Source: an uncultured Alphaproteobacteria bacterium (GTDB lineage Bacteria > Pseudomonadota > Alphaproteobacteria > Puniceispirillales > Puniceispirillaceae). From it: a DNA stretch of 36,012 nucleotides. This document shows positions 19,925 through 29,324 of the stretch, piece by piece. The stretch is from assembly GCA_913031555.1 (NCBI GenBank), contig CAJWDO010000001.1, forward strand, positions 1-36,012, read 5' to 3'. Under the pieces are notes generated by a model. That model did no database searches and was not told where the DNA came from. It saw only the letters and a program-made list of their open reading frames with translations. Position 1 is the stretch's first letter. Each line of letters starts with the position of its first letter. The position numbers were made by a program, and so were the translations under genes.

Positions 19925-20781
19925 CAGGCGATCAGGCGGTGCAGCTTCGGGTCGCGGCGCTGCAATATTGCGCCGCCGGCACGGCGCAGGAAACGCTGGC
20001 ACGGCTGATCCCGATGATCGACAGCGCCGCCGGAGCCGGTGCCGGATTGATTTGTCTTCCCGAGGCCGCCACCTTTCTTGCCGCCTCGCGCGAGGCGCTG
20101 CAGACCGAGGCCGAATGGGAGGATGACAGCCGCTCGCTGACGAAGCTGGCGGACATTGCCGCGAAGCATGCCGTCGATCTTCTTGTCGGGTCCATATTCG
20201 TCCGCCGGCGGCTGGATTCGCGGATTGTGAACCGCGCGGTGATGATCGGTGGTGACGGCGGCATCCGCGCCACCTATGACAAGATCCACATGTTCGATGC
20301 CGATGTCGGCGACGGGCGGCGCTATCGTGAATCGGATCATTTTGCCGCCGGCAACAGGCTGGTCCTTACCGAAAGCGGTGGTGTCAGCCTCGGCCTGACA
20401 ATCTGCTATGATGTCCGCTTTCCCCATCTCTATCGCGCCCTTGGCAAGGCGGGCGCCAGTGTCATCACCGTACCGGCCGCCTTTACCTTTCCCAGCGGCA
20501 GGGCGCATTGGCATGTGCTGTTGCGGGCCCGCGCCATCGAAACGGGAAGCTTCATCATCGCGCCGGCGCAATGCGGAATCCACGCCGATGGCCGGCGCAC
20601 CTACGGCCATGCCATGATCATCTCACCATGGGGCGATATCCTTGCCGAGGTGCCGACCGATGATGACAACGCCGCCGCCGGTGGCAATGACGGCATTATC
20701 CATGCCGATCTCGATATCACCAGTGTGGACAGGGCACGAAACGCCATCCCGTCCTTGCAGACGGATGCTGATTTCAGGTGA
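19921..20781 (+). CDS. carbon-nitrogen hydrolase (Nit1/deaminated glutathione amidase-like)
   Basis: E-K-C triad (LPE, YDKIHMFD, ICYDVRFP) and HWHVLLRARAIE; ATGA overlap with grxC. Confidence 0.92.
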   Translation: MTGDQAVQLRVAALQYCAAGTAQETLARLIPMIDSAAGAGAGLICLPEAATFLAASREALQTEAEWEDDSRSLTKLADIAAKHAVDLLVGSIFVRRRLDSRIVNRAVMIGGDGGIRATYDKIHMFDADVGDGRRYRESDHFAAGNRLVLTESGGVSLGLTICYDVRFPHLYRALGKAGASVITVPAAFTFPSGRAHWHVLLRARAIETGSFIIAPAQCGIHADGRRTYGHAMIISPWGDILAEVPTDDDNAAAGGNDGIIHADLDITSVDRARNAIPSLQTDADFR

Positions 20782-20814
20782 ATTGGGTGGTGTCAGTGAT
20801 GGTGGGGCGGCCGA

Positions 20815-21762
20815 TCAGCCGTCGCCCATCGCCAGATATTTCTCAGCCCGGTCGGCGATCAGCGCGTCGCGATCCATCTCCTGAAGCTCACGAAGCTGCG
20901 TGAAACAGGTATCACCAAGGCTGGCAATCGCCGCTGTCTGGTCGCGATGCGCGCCGCCAAGCGGTTCCGGAACGATGGCGTCGATCACCCCAAGATCTTT
21001 CATATGCGAAGAGGTAATCCGCAACGCCTCGGCGGCCTCCTTGGCATGGTCACTGCTGCGCCACAGGATCGAGGCGCATCCCTCGGGCGAAATCACCGAA
21101 TAGATGGCATGTTCGAACATGACGACGCGGTTGCCTGTTGCCAGCGCGATAGCGCCGCCGGAGCCACCCTCGCCGATAATGCTTGCCACCATCGGGGTCG
21201 GCAGGCGCAGACAGGCACGGATGGCGGTGGCGATGGCCTCGGCCTGGCCACGTTCCTCGGCGCCGCGCCCGGGATAGGCGCCAGCCGTATCGACAAAGCT
21301 CAACACCGGCAGTCCGAACCGTCCGGCAAGCTCCATCAGGCGCGAGGCCTTGCGGTATCCCTCGGGGCGCGCCATGCCGAAATTGCGCTTGATGCGTTCC
21401 TCGGTACTGCTTCCCTTTTCCGTGCCCATAACCATCACCGCCTGACCACGGAAGCGCGCCATGCCACCGATCACAGCATAATCCTCGGCATAATTGCGGT
21501 CGCCAGACAAAGGCGTAAAATCCTCGAACAACTGGTTGATGATGGCGCTGACCCGCGGACGCTCGGGATGGCGTGCCACCTGCACCTTTTCCCATGGGCC
21601 GAGCTTTTCATAGGTCTGTTTCAGCTCGCGCTCGATACGGGTCTGCAGCTTGCCAATCTCGTCGGCAATGTTGATGCTGCCGTCCGAGCTCATATGGCGC
21701 AGCTCCTCGACCTTGCCCTCAAGGGCGGCTATCGGCTTTTCGAAATCCAGAAAATGGCGCAT
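20815..21762 (-). CDS. accA: acetyl-CoA carboxylase carboxyltransferase alpha subunit
   Basis: FLDFEKP, ARHPERP, DTAGAYPG, GEGGSGGA and YSVISPEGCASILW; start placed at MRHFLD. Confidence 0.97.
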   Translation of the reverse strand: MRHFLDFEKPIAALEGKVEELRHMSSDGSINIADEIGKLQTRIERELKQTYEKLGPWEKVQVARHPERPRVSAIINQLFEDFTPLSGDRNYAEDYAVIGGMARFRGQAVMVMGTEKGSSTEERIKRNFGMARPEGYRKASRLMELAGRFGLPVLSFVDTAGAYPGRGAEERGQAEAIATAIRACLRLPTPMVASIIGEGGSGGAIALATGNRVVMFEHAIYSVISPEGCASILWRSSDHAKEAAEALRITSSHMKDLGVIDAIVPEPLGGAHRDQTAAIASLGDTCFTQLRELQEMDRDALIADRAEKYLAMGDG

Positions 21763-21842
21763 GACGTCCTGTAGAATGTTGTCGCGTTTCGTACCCGATT
21801 CTCGGCTGTACGGCACTCGGGATGTATAACGCAAATGGCAGT

Positions 21843-22775
21843 TTAATCCTGTTGATTCATGTTCGCAAGCGGATGCGCCGACGCGACCAGCCCGGCCAGC
21901 CTTTCGGGACGCGTCGCCGTGTAAATCTGTGTTGTCGAAATATCGGCATGGCCAAGCAGCGTCTGCAAGCCGCGAAGGTCAGCGCCGCGATTGAGCATAT
22001 GCGTGGCAAAGCTGTGCCGCACGACATGCGGGCTGACCCGGGCCGGGTCCAGCCCGGCCTTTCCGGCAAGCCCCTTCAACGCGGCGGCAAATTGCTGGCG
22101 CGAAAGATGCGTGTCGCCATGCGGAAACAAAAAGGGTGATGTCACATAGGCCGCCTTGGCATCACGCTCTTCCAGCCATGCCGCGATGGCGGCGCGCGCC
22201 GGTGAGCCAAGCGCCACCAGACGTTCGCGTCCCCCCTTGCCGGTCACGATGATTGTCGCCAGATCACGCCGGAACTGGTCGACCGGAAGCGACACCAGCT
22301 CGGAGACCCGCAGACCCGTGGCGTAGAGAAGTTCGAGCATGGCGGTCATCCGCCGCGCCTGCGCCGGGCGTGGCAGGTCACGCGCGCCGGTGATCAGCGC
22401 CGCCATTTCCCGCTCTGACAGACTTTTCGGAAGGGCAGACGGTTGCTTTGGGCTGTCGATCCAGCGGCAGGGATTGTCGGTGCGGACCCCCTCCTCGACA
22501 AGCCAGCCCATGAGCTGACGCAGCGCGCTGAGCCGGCGCGCCACCGAGCGCGCCACAAGACCGCCTGCATGCCACACACGAAGAAGATCACGCAAATCAT
22601 CAGCCGAGCAGGTCTCGAAACCAGTGCCACGCGCGGCCAGAACATCGAAACTCGCGGTGAGGTCGCGCCGATAGGCGGCAAGACTGTTGCGGGCAAGGCC
22701 ACGATCAGCGGCCATCGCCTGCAAAAATTCGGTGATAACGCGTTCGGGCGCGGGGTGGTTAGAGGTTGCTGTCAT
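21843..22775 (-). CDS. xerD: site-specific tyrosine recombinase XerD
   Basis: YATGLRVSEL, GKGGRER, SPHVVRHSFATH and LLGHADISTTQIY; the xerD-accA adjacency is typical of Alphaproteobacteria. Confidence 0.88.
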   Translation of the reverse strand: MTATSNHPAPERVITEFLQAMAADRGLARNSLAAYRRDLTASFDVLAARGTGFETCSADDLRDLLRVWHAGGLVARSVARRLSALRQLMGWLVEEGVRTDNPCRWIDSPKQPSALPKSLSEREMAALITGARDLPRPAQARRMTAMLELLYATGLRVSELVSLPVDQFRRDLATIIVTGKGGRERLVALGSPARAAIAAWLEERDAKAAYVTSPFLFPHGDTHLSRQQFAAALKGLAGKAGLDPARVSPHVVRHSFATHMLNRGADLRGLQTLLGHADISTTQIYTATRPERLAGLVASAHPLANMNQQD

Positions 22776-25047
22776 TGCTCTGCTGTGCTGTTGCAGGGGC
22801 GGTACCGGATGTCGGTGTCAGAGTCTCCTCCGCATCGCCGTTCTGCGCACTGGTATCCTGCACGTTACTATACTGGCCACTCCCTGCTCCAGACACGTCA
22901 CCGGTCGTTTTCAAAACGGTGCCGGCATCAGATCCGTCATCCGTGTTGGAGGCAGTAACGGACGGCAGGTCAACCGCCTGTGAATGCGCGGCGGCCAGAA
23001 GGTGCGCCGCCACTACATCACGACGGAACCGGCGCGCCGCGCCTGGCTGATCAACCGCATCCAACGACGCGGCAATCCGCGCGGCATCCGCCGGGTTCAT
23101 CTCGGCAAGATCGTGCGTACCGACAGCCCGATGCGCCAGCAAGATGGTTTCCGCCACCCGGCCCTCGGCAGCCGCCTCGTCAAGTGCCTGCATGATGATT
23201 GGCGAGGCTGACAGGAATGTCTCGGTTCTGATTGCATCAGGCGATGCAGCGACAAGCCAGGACATCGCCTCGCCGGGTTCCATGGCCGCCATCCCGTCAC
23301 CGGATACGGCAAGCGGCAGCAGGCTGTATTTACCAAGTATCGCCAGTGAAGTCATGTCGACGCGGCCCGTCTGCGCCATCTCCAGCAGATCACGCGCCGC
23401 GCTGGCCTCACCACCGGACAGGGTGGCTGGCATGTCGGTGCTGTCACCCACGCCGATCAGCATTGCAAGCTTTGTGCGAAGAACATCGTCATTGCCGGCA
23501 AGCAGCGCCTTGGCATCTGAAAATTCCAGCGCCTCACGGCCAAGATCGGCATAGAGCGGCGCCATCATCCGACCGACGCCATCAGCAATATCAACATCCA
23601 TCGCCGCAGCTATGAAGGGCAGGCGTTCAGCCGATTTTTCAGCATCAAGCGCGCGCCAGACAAGGGCCCGTGTCAGTGCCGAAGGCTGGCTCTGGTGGCG
23701 GGCAAGTGCCAGCCGTGGGGGATCAGTCTCAACGGTAACACTGCGCCACAATTTTGCGGCGCGTTCATGGTCGATCAACCCGTGGTCCAGCGCCCGCCAG
23801 GTCGCCACAAGACGCGCATTCGGATCGAGATAGCGAAGCCCTACCGCCGTTTGAATCGAGCTTTCAGGAAGCGCCTCGAGACCGGCGATATCGATGTCAT
23901 GATGCGCGGCCTCCATCAGCACTATATGAAGCTGTTCGACAAGCGCCGGGTCGATCGGCCCGGGATCGGTGCCGTTCAGAAGCTTGCCGACAAGGCCGGC
24001 AAATGCCAGATCATCCTCGCCCATGGCGAGCAGGATGTCGGCGGCGAACTGTGCCCCGGCGATGTCGCCCTTATGGACCGCGGTGCAGATCACCTTCGCC
24101 TTGTGCCAGAACGGCTCGAACGTGCGGCCAACCTGATACATGACATTGCGGCAGGCATCGGCGTCGCGACGCGACATCAGCTGTGTTTCAACGAGCCATT
24201 GTTTCCATCCAAGCCACGGCGCCTCATTGGGAAGCTGGTCGACCATAACCGCCAGATCTTCCGAACGGCCAGCGGCGGCAAGCCAGTCAAGGCGCGCGGA
24301 CAAGAGGTTCTGGTCGGTCCCGCTTGCCCCATCCGGCCGAACCGCGCGGCGGGCCACCACATCGCTGGCAAGCCGTGAAAGGGTCGGCGACGACCCGATG
24401 ACGGCGTCACTGTCCAGCAGCATGCCGGCGCGGTCAACCGACGTGCCGTTCCAGATTGTTACTGTCAGATTACTGTCATTACCGGGCGCCGGATCAATCC
24501 CGATATCGGCGACGCCAAAGCTTGGCGCGTCGGCCTTCTTTAGGCTGGCACCGCCAGAAGGGGATGTTATGGCCCCTGTCGTGGCCCCTGTCGTGGCCCC
24601 TGTCGTGACCTCTGTCGTGACCCCTGTCGTGACCCCTGTGGTGCTCGGCACCGTGGCGGGAGCGACTTCCAGGGCATCGGTGGCGTTGTCGGCCACCGGC
24701 GACACAGCGATCGTTACGGCCGCGGTGCGAGATGCGTTGTCACTCGTGTCGACCGTGCCTTGTATGGTGGATCCTGAGGCATCCGTGCCAACATCATTGG
24801 ACCAGAAATCGTTCGAGTTATCTGCATCACCTGAGATGGCCTTGATCGCCTCGTCGATCGAGGTAATGCTCGGCACCGCCTCGGCGCTTTCATTGTCCTG
24901 AACCGTCGCCAGAAGATCGACCTGATCCGGTGTCTGGCTGGCTGGCTGGGTAACCGGAAATTGCTGCGCAGCGGCATCACCGCTGACCAGTGCGCCACCA
25001 AAAAGCATCAAGCTGGCCAATAGCAGGCCACCATACGAGGCGCGCAT
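22759..25047 (-). CDS. large exported hypothetical protein (762 aa from ATG 25047)
   Basis: Long ORF with a signal-peptide-like start (MRASYGGLLLASLMLFGGALVSGDAAAQ), low-complexity termini and an Ala/Leu-rich core. ATG lies 1 nt after the stop of the upstream small ORF; the 3' end overlaps the xerD start. Confidence 0.85.
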   Translation of the reverse strand: MRASYGGLLLASLMLFGGALVSGDAAAQQFPVTQPASQTPDQVDLLATVQDNESAEAVPSITSIDEAIKAISGDADNSNDFWSNDVGTDASGSTIQGTVDTSDNASRTAAVTIAVSPVADNATDALEVAPATVPSTTGVTTGVTTEVTTGATTGATTGAITSPSGGASLKKADAPSFGVADIGIDPAPGNDSNLTVTIWNGTSVDRAGMLLDSDAVIGSSPTLSRLASDVVARRAVRPDGASGTDQNLLSARLDWLAAAGRSEDLAVMVDQLPNEAPWLGWKQWLVETQLMSRRDADACRNVMYQVGRTFEPFWHKAKVICTAVHKGDIAGAQFAADILLAMGEDDLAFAGLVGKLLNGTDPGPIDPALVEQLHIVLMEAAHHDIDIAGLEALPESSIQTAVGLRYLDPNARLVATWRALDHGLIDHERAAKLWRSVTVETDPPRLALARHQSQPSALTRALVWRALDAEKSAERLPFIAAAMDVDIADGVGRMMAPLYADLGREALEFSDAKALLAGNDDVLRTKLAMLIGVGDSTDMPATLSGGEASAARDLLEMAQTGRVDMTSLAILGKYSLLPLAVSGDGMAAMEPGEAMSWLVAASPDAIRTETFLSASPIIMQALDEAAAEGRVAETILLAHRAVGTHDLAEMNPADAARIAASLDAVDQPGAARRFRRDVVAAHLLAAAHSQAVDLPSVTASNTDDGSDAGTVLKTTGDVSGAGSGQYSNVQDTSAQNGDAEETLTPTSGTAPATAQQSNDSNL
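24569..24640. repeat. 12-bp in-frame tandem repeat x6
   Basis: (gtgRcccctgtc)n; encodes TTGVTTGVTTEVTTGATTGATTGA. Confidence 0.92.
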
Positions 25048-25048
25048 A

Positions 25049-25186
25049 TCAGTTGGGAAGCTGGTCATTCGGGACTACCTTGTTCACGGCAACCGTCGGA
25101 GCCGGGATTTTCCACGCTGACAGCGCAAAAAGTCCGGCGCCAACAAGACCGGCAATAACAATCAAAATAATTCCAACACGATTCAT
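25049..25186 (-). CDS. small single-pass membrane protein (45 aa), absent from the ORF track
   Basis: MNRVGIILIVIAGLVGAGLFALSAWKIPAPTVAVNKVVPNDQLPN*; SD GGAG upstream, hydrophobic segment, stop adjacent to the next ATG. Confidence 0.8.
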   Translation of the reverse strand: MNRVGIILIVIAGLVGAGLFALSAWKIPAPTVAVNKVVPNDQLPN

Positions 25187-25207
25187 GTCCGCTCCGCCAT
25201 CCTGGTT

Positions 25208-25241
25208 GCGATCCTGCCCCGCGATCCTGCCCCGCGATCCT
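25208..25241. repeat. 13-bp tandem repeat, 2 copies plus partial
   Basis: gcgatcctgcccc x2 + gcgatcct. Confidence 0.85.
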
Positions 25242-25425
25242 CACCATAAGGCGCGGTGCATCCTCAGACCGACAATCCGGTCACTTTCCAGATAAATGGG
25301 TGTCTATGGCAAGAATATGTCTGCAATACGGCACCATCACCGGCGCGAGGGTCAAGTTGGAGGTCCAACCGGCACACCGGCAGTCCCCGATATACAACTC
25401 TTGTGTCATTCGGGCTCTTGCAGAA

Positions 25426-25454
25426 TTGCGACCACGCACCAAGTGAGGCACAAT
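25426..25454 (+). promoter_or_regulatory. candidate promoter of aroK-aroB operon
   Basis: TTGCGA-N17-CACAAT. Confidence 0.4.
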
Positions 25455-25464
25455 ACCCACCGCT

Positions 25465-26034
25465 ATGCTGACCAGAGCCCCCATGCCAGACATCATCACC
25501 CTGAAAGAGGCCATCAACAGGCCAATCGCGCTCGTCGGCATGATGGGCAGCGGCAAGTCGCTTGTCGGGCGGCGCCTGGCGCAACGGCTTGATCTTCCCT
25601 TCATCGACAGCGACACCAAGGTCGAGGCGGCGGCAGGCATCACCATCAGCGAAATCTTCGACCTTGCCGGCGAGGACAGGTTCCGCGCCCTCGAGAGAAA
25701 CGCCATCAGCACCGCCGCCGATGCCGGCCCATCGGTGCTGTCAACCGGCGGCGGGTCGATCTGCACGCCTGCAACGGCGCAGCTTCTCTGCGACAGGACC
25801 ATCGTTGTCTGGCTGCAGGCAAGACCGGAAACATTGTTGTCGCGGATCGGGTCGATCAGCAGCCGGCCCCTGCTGCACACGGATGACCCTTTGGCGACGC
25901 TTCGTGACCTTGCCGAGCGGCGCGCGCCGGACTATGGAAAGGCGCATATCACCGTCACCACCGACCAGCTTTCAGCCGCCGCCACCGTGGCCGAGGTGAT
26001 GCGCGCCCTTGACAGTCATCTTGCGGTTAAATAG
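25465..26034 (+). CDS. aroK: shikimate kinase
   Basis: GMMGSGKS P-loop, FIDSD, STGGG and RPLL; alternative start at 25483. Confidence 0.95.
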   Translation: MLTRAPMPDIITLKEAINRPIALVGMMGSGKSLVGRRLAQRLDLPFIDSDTKVEAAAGITISEIFDLAGEDRFRALERNAISTAADAGPSVLSTGGGSICTPATAQLLCDRTIVVWLQARPETLLSRIGSISSRPLLHTDDPLATLRDLAERRAPDYGKAHITVTTDQLSAAATVAEVMRALDSHLAVK

Positions 26035-26046
26035 GTCGTTGTCATT

Positions 26047-27156
26047 ATGACAGACAGTTCCACCCTGACCGTCGGGCTCGACGATCGCGCCTATGACATC
26101 ACCGTCGGTCGCGACCTGATCGGGCATGTCGACGAGATCGCCGGCGCACAGCTTGCCGACCGCCATGCCGTGATCATCGCCGACGCTGCGGTCGCGCCGC
26201 ATCATCTGGCGCCACTTGAGGCCGCCTGCGAGCGCGTCTGCCGCCGTGTTGACAGCGTGACTGTTGCCTCTGGTGAGGCCAGCAAGAGCATGGCCGTTCT
26301 GGCCAGCCTTCTTGAAGATATTCTTGCGATTGGCGTCGATCGCGATGTCGTTCTTGTCGCGCTTGGCGGCGGTGTCATCGGCGATCTTGCCGGCTTCGCC
26401 GCGGCAAGCCTGCTTCGCGGTGTCGACTTCATTCAGGTGCCTACAACCTTACTGGCGCAGGTCGACAGTTCGGTCGGCGGCAAGACAGGTGTCAATGCCA
26501 TGGCCGGCAAGAATCTGATTGGTGCCTTTCACCAGCCGCGCGCCGTCCTTGTCGATATCGACACACTGGCAACGCTGCCAGCGCGGGAATTGCGTGCCGG
26601 CTACGCCGAAGTGATCAAATACGGGCTTCTTGGTGATGCCGCGTTCTTTGAATGGCTGGAGGCGCATGGTGGCGAGGTTCTGGACCGCGACGAGGCGGCG
26701 CTTCGCCATGCCATCATCACCTCCTGCACCGCGAAGGCACGAATTGTCGAGATGGATGAACGCGAGTTCGGGCGTCGGGCGCTGTTGAATCTCGGCCATA
26801 CATTCGCCCATGCCTTAGAATCGGTCTGCGGCTATGACGGACGACTTCTTCATGGCGAGGCGGTTGCTGTCGGCATGGCGCTGGCCTACCGGCTGGCTGG
26901 CGAGATGGGGCTGTGCACGGGCCAGGATGGTGGCCGCGCCGCCGCGCATATTGCCGCCAGCGGCCTGTCGACACGGCTTGCCGAAATTCCGTCCGCCACC
27001 GCCGCTACGCCAGCCCTGATCGACATCATGCGGCGTGACAAGAAGGTGCGGAATGGCCGTATGCGCTTTGTGTTGCCGCGCGCCATCGGCGACAGCTTTG
27101 TCTGTGACGAGGTGCCTGAAGACATACTCACACAGGTTCTGGATGCAAGCCGATGA
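26047..27156 (+). CDS. aroB: 3-dehydroquinate synthase
   Basis: GGGVIGD, PTTLLAQVDSSVGGKTG, NLGHTFAHALE and HGEAV. Confidence 0.97.
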   Translation: MTDSSTLTVGLDDRAYDITVGRDLIGHVDEIAGAQLADRHAVIIADAAVAPHHLAPLEAACERVCRRVDSVTVASGEASKSMAVLASLLEDILAIGVDRDVVLVALGGGVIGDLAGFAAASLLRGVDFIQVPTTLLAQVDSSVGGKTGVNAMAGKNLIGAFHQPRAVLVDIDTLATLPARELRAGYAEVIKYGLLGDAAFFEWLEAHGGEVLDRDEAALRHAIITSCTAKARIVEMDEREFGRRALLNLGHTFAHALESVCGYDGRLLHGEAVAVGMALAYRLAGEMGLCTGQDGGRAAAHIAASGLSTRLAEIPSATAATPALIDIMRRDKKVRNGRMRFVLPRAIGDSFVCDEVPEDILTQVLDASR

Positions 27157-28424
27157 CAGGCGATCTTCTTTGGCTCATTGCCATTATCCTGCTGCTGATC
27201 TTTGCCTCGGCCTTCTTCTCCAGCGCCGAAACGGCACTGACCGCGGCCTCGGACGCCCGCATGCGCCAGTTGGCCAGCAAGGGCAACCGGCGCGCCATGC
27301 TTGTCGAACGGCTCCGCAATGACCGCGAGGGGCTCATCGGCTCGATCCTGATCGGTAACAACGCGGTGAATGTCATCGCCTCGGCACTGGCGACTTCGGT
27401 TTTCATCTCGATCCTTGATGATGGCGGCGTACTCTGGGCAACAATTACCATGACCGTGATTCTGGTGGTGTTCGCCGAGGTCATGCCGAAGACCTACGCG
27501 CTGAACCATTCAAACAAATACGCGCTGCTGATCGCGCCGGCGGTCCGGCTTGTCGTTGTCGTGCTGAGCCCGCTGTCGATCGCGCTGCGGATGCTGGCCA
27601 ACAGCCTGATCAGAAAACGGCAGACAGATGAGAACGAACGCGAGGAAGAGCTTCGCGGGATGATCGAGCTTCATGGCGCCGAGGGTGACGGCGACAGCCG
27701 CGAGACACAGGCCATGCTGTCATCGGTTCTCGATCTGAATGAAATCAGCGTCGAACAGATCATGACCCACCGTGCCGGGGTGAAGATGATCGATGCCGAC
27801 AGCGACCTTGATTCACTGCTTGGCGAGGTGTTGGCCTCGCCGCATACCCGTCATCCTGTCTATTCCGGCAACCCGGACAATATTATCGGCGTCCTCCACG
27901 TCAAGGACCTGCTTCGCGCGATCGGCCGACGGGGTGCAGATGAGGCGCCGCAGGGTGACGGCCTCGGGCTGTTGCAGAATATTGTCAGCGAGCCCTATTT
28001 CGTGCCCGAGACAACATTGCTGTTTGACCAGCTGCAATCCTTTCGCACACGTCGTGAGCATTTCGCCGTTGTCGTCGATGAATATGGCGACCTGCAGGGA
28101 ATCGTGACACTTGAGGATATCCTCGAGGAGATTGTCGGCGACATCGATGACGAGCATGACATCGACCTTGCCGGCCTGACAGCACAACCGGACGGGTCGT
28201 GGATTGTGGATGGCGCGGTGACGATCCGCGACCTCAACCGGGCGCTTGCATGGCAGCTTCCGGACGAGGATGCCTCGACGATCGCCGGCCTTGTTCTCTA
28301 TGAGAGCCGCGCAATCCCGCGACCTGGTCAGGAATTCCGCTTTCACAACATCCGTTTCAGAATTCTGAAACGTGACGGTAACAAGGTGACAAGCCTGCGA
28401 CTCTGGAGCACCCGAAATGCATAA
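27153..28424 (+). CDS. HlyC/CorC (CNNM) family transporter
   Basis: AFFSSAETA and FAEVMPK (CNNM domain), tandem CBS domains (VVDEYG...LEDILEEIVGDI) and a C-terminal CorC domain. Confidence 0.94.
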   Translation: MTGDLLWLIAIILLLIFASAFFSSAETALTAASDARMRQLASKGNRRAMLVERLRNDREGLIGSILIGNNAVNVIASALATSVFISILDDGGVLWATITMTVILVVFAEVMPKTYALNHSNKYALLIAPAVRLVVVVLSPLSIALRMLANSLIRKRQTDENEREEELRGMIELHGAEGDGDSRETQAMLSSVLDLNEISVEQIMTHRAGVKMIDADSDLDSLLGEVLASPHTRHPVYSGNPDNIIGVLHVKDLLRAIGRRGADEAPQGDGLGLLQNIVSEPYFVPETTLLFDQLQSFRTRREHFAVVVDEYGDLQGIVTLEDILEEIVGDIDDEHDIDLAGLTAQPDGSWIVDGAVTIRDLNRALAWQLPDEDASTIAGLVLYESRAIPRPGQEFRFHNIRFRILKRDGNKVTSLRLWSTRNA

Positions 28425-28998
28425 CCCAGTCACACCTTACGGCGATGAACATACAGTCGCGCTCAGCCCGGCCGCCCCGCGCGAGGAGGTTCATAACCGC
28501 CGCATCAGCTGTAACGGCTTTGTGCGCGAAGACGGGCAATATGACATCGAGGCCGAGATCACCGACAACAAGACCTACAGTTTCCCGTCGGATTTCCGCG
28601 GCGAGGTGACGCCGGATCAATTCGTGCACCATATGAAGGTGCGGGTGACAATCGACAGGTCAATGACGGTAACCGCCGCCGAGGCGATCACCATTTCAGG
28701 GCCCTATGCAATCTGCCCGACAGCAAATGATGTCTTCCAGCATCTTGTCGGGCTGACAATCGGGCCGGGCTGGCGCCGCCGGGTTACGGCAGCCATTGGC
28801 GGGCGGCATGGCTGCACGCATATCAGCGAATTGATGGGTACGGTCGGCACCATCGCCTTTCAGACGCGCTATGGCGAGGATGCCCGCCGGGCACGCGTCC
28901 CGGTCGGCAGCAGCGGTCTGGAAACAGCGCGGGCACGCGGTGACGCGCGCGGCAGCGCGCTGGCCAATTCCTGCGTTGCCTATGCCATCGACGAGTGA
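28417..28998 (+). CDS. DUF2889 domain-containing protein
   Basis: HNRRISCNGFVREDG..DIEAEITD, HHMKVRVT and GCTHISEL pattern. Confidence 0.82.
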   Translation: MHNPVTPYGDEHTVALSPAAPREEVHNRRISCNGFVREDGQYDIEAEITDNKTYSFPSDFRGEVTPDQFVHHMKVRVTIDRSMTVTAAEAITISGPYAICPTANDVFQHLVGLTIGPGWRRRVTAAIGGRHGCTHISELMGTVGTIAFQTRYGEDARRARVPVGSSGLETARARGDARGSALANSCVAYAIDE

Positions 28999-29000
28999 AA

Positions 29001-29258
29001 TCAGGCTGACAGATCAAGCTGCAGCGCGTGAACGCTGCTGGCCAGCTCGTCAGCAAGGATGCCATTCACCATACGGTGGCATTCAACACGGCTCTTGCCG
29101 GCGAATATGTCGGCGCGGATCATGACCTCAAAATGTGTTTCGCCGCCCTCGCGCCAGCCAGAATGGCCGGCATGTTTGTGGCTGACATCAAGAACCTCGA
29201 TCTCGCGCGGTAAAAGCGCCTGTCCGAGTTTTCCGGCTATGGTGTCTGCCATTGTCAT
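29001..29258 (-). CDS. bolA: BolA family protein
   Basis: HAGH, ETHF, FAGKSRVECHRMV and VHAL. Confidence 0.94.
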   Translation of the reverse strand: MTMADTIAGKLGQALLPREIEVLDVSHKHAGHSGWREGGETHFEVMIRADIFAGKSRVECHRMVNGILADELASSVHALQLDLSA

Positions 29259-29324
29259 GTGCTATCTCCTGCCGCGGGGGTTAAGGTTGCCAGCCAGCGG
29301 CATGGCTTTATGATGGAACAGGCT

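Noticed and set aside
21843-22775. Tyrosine recombinase as a phage or island integrase
   Set aside because: XerD-type motifs in a core xerD-accA context, with no att sites, tRNA or cargo genes.
25065-25247. 60-aa ORF-track call on the - strand
   Set aside because: A different frame (25186-25049) gives a far more plausible membrane protein with an SD.
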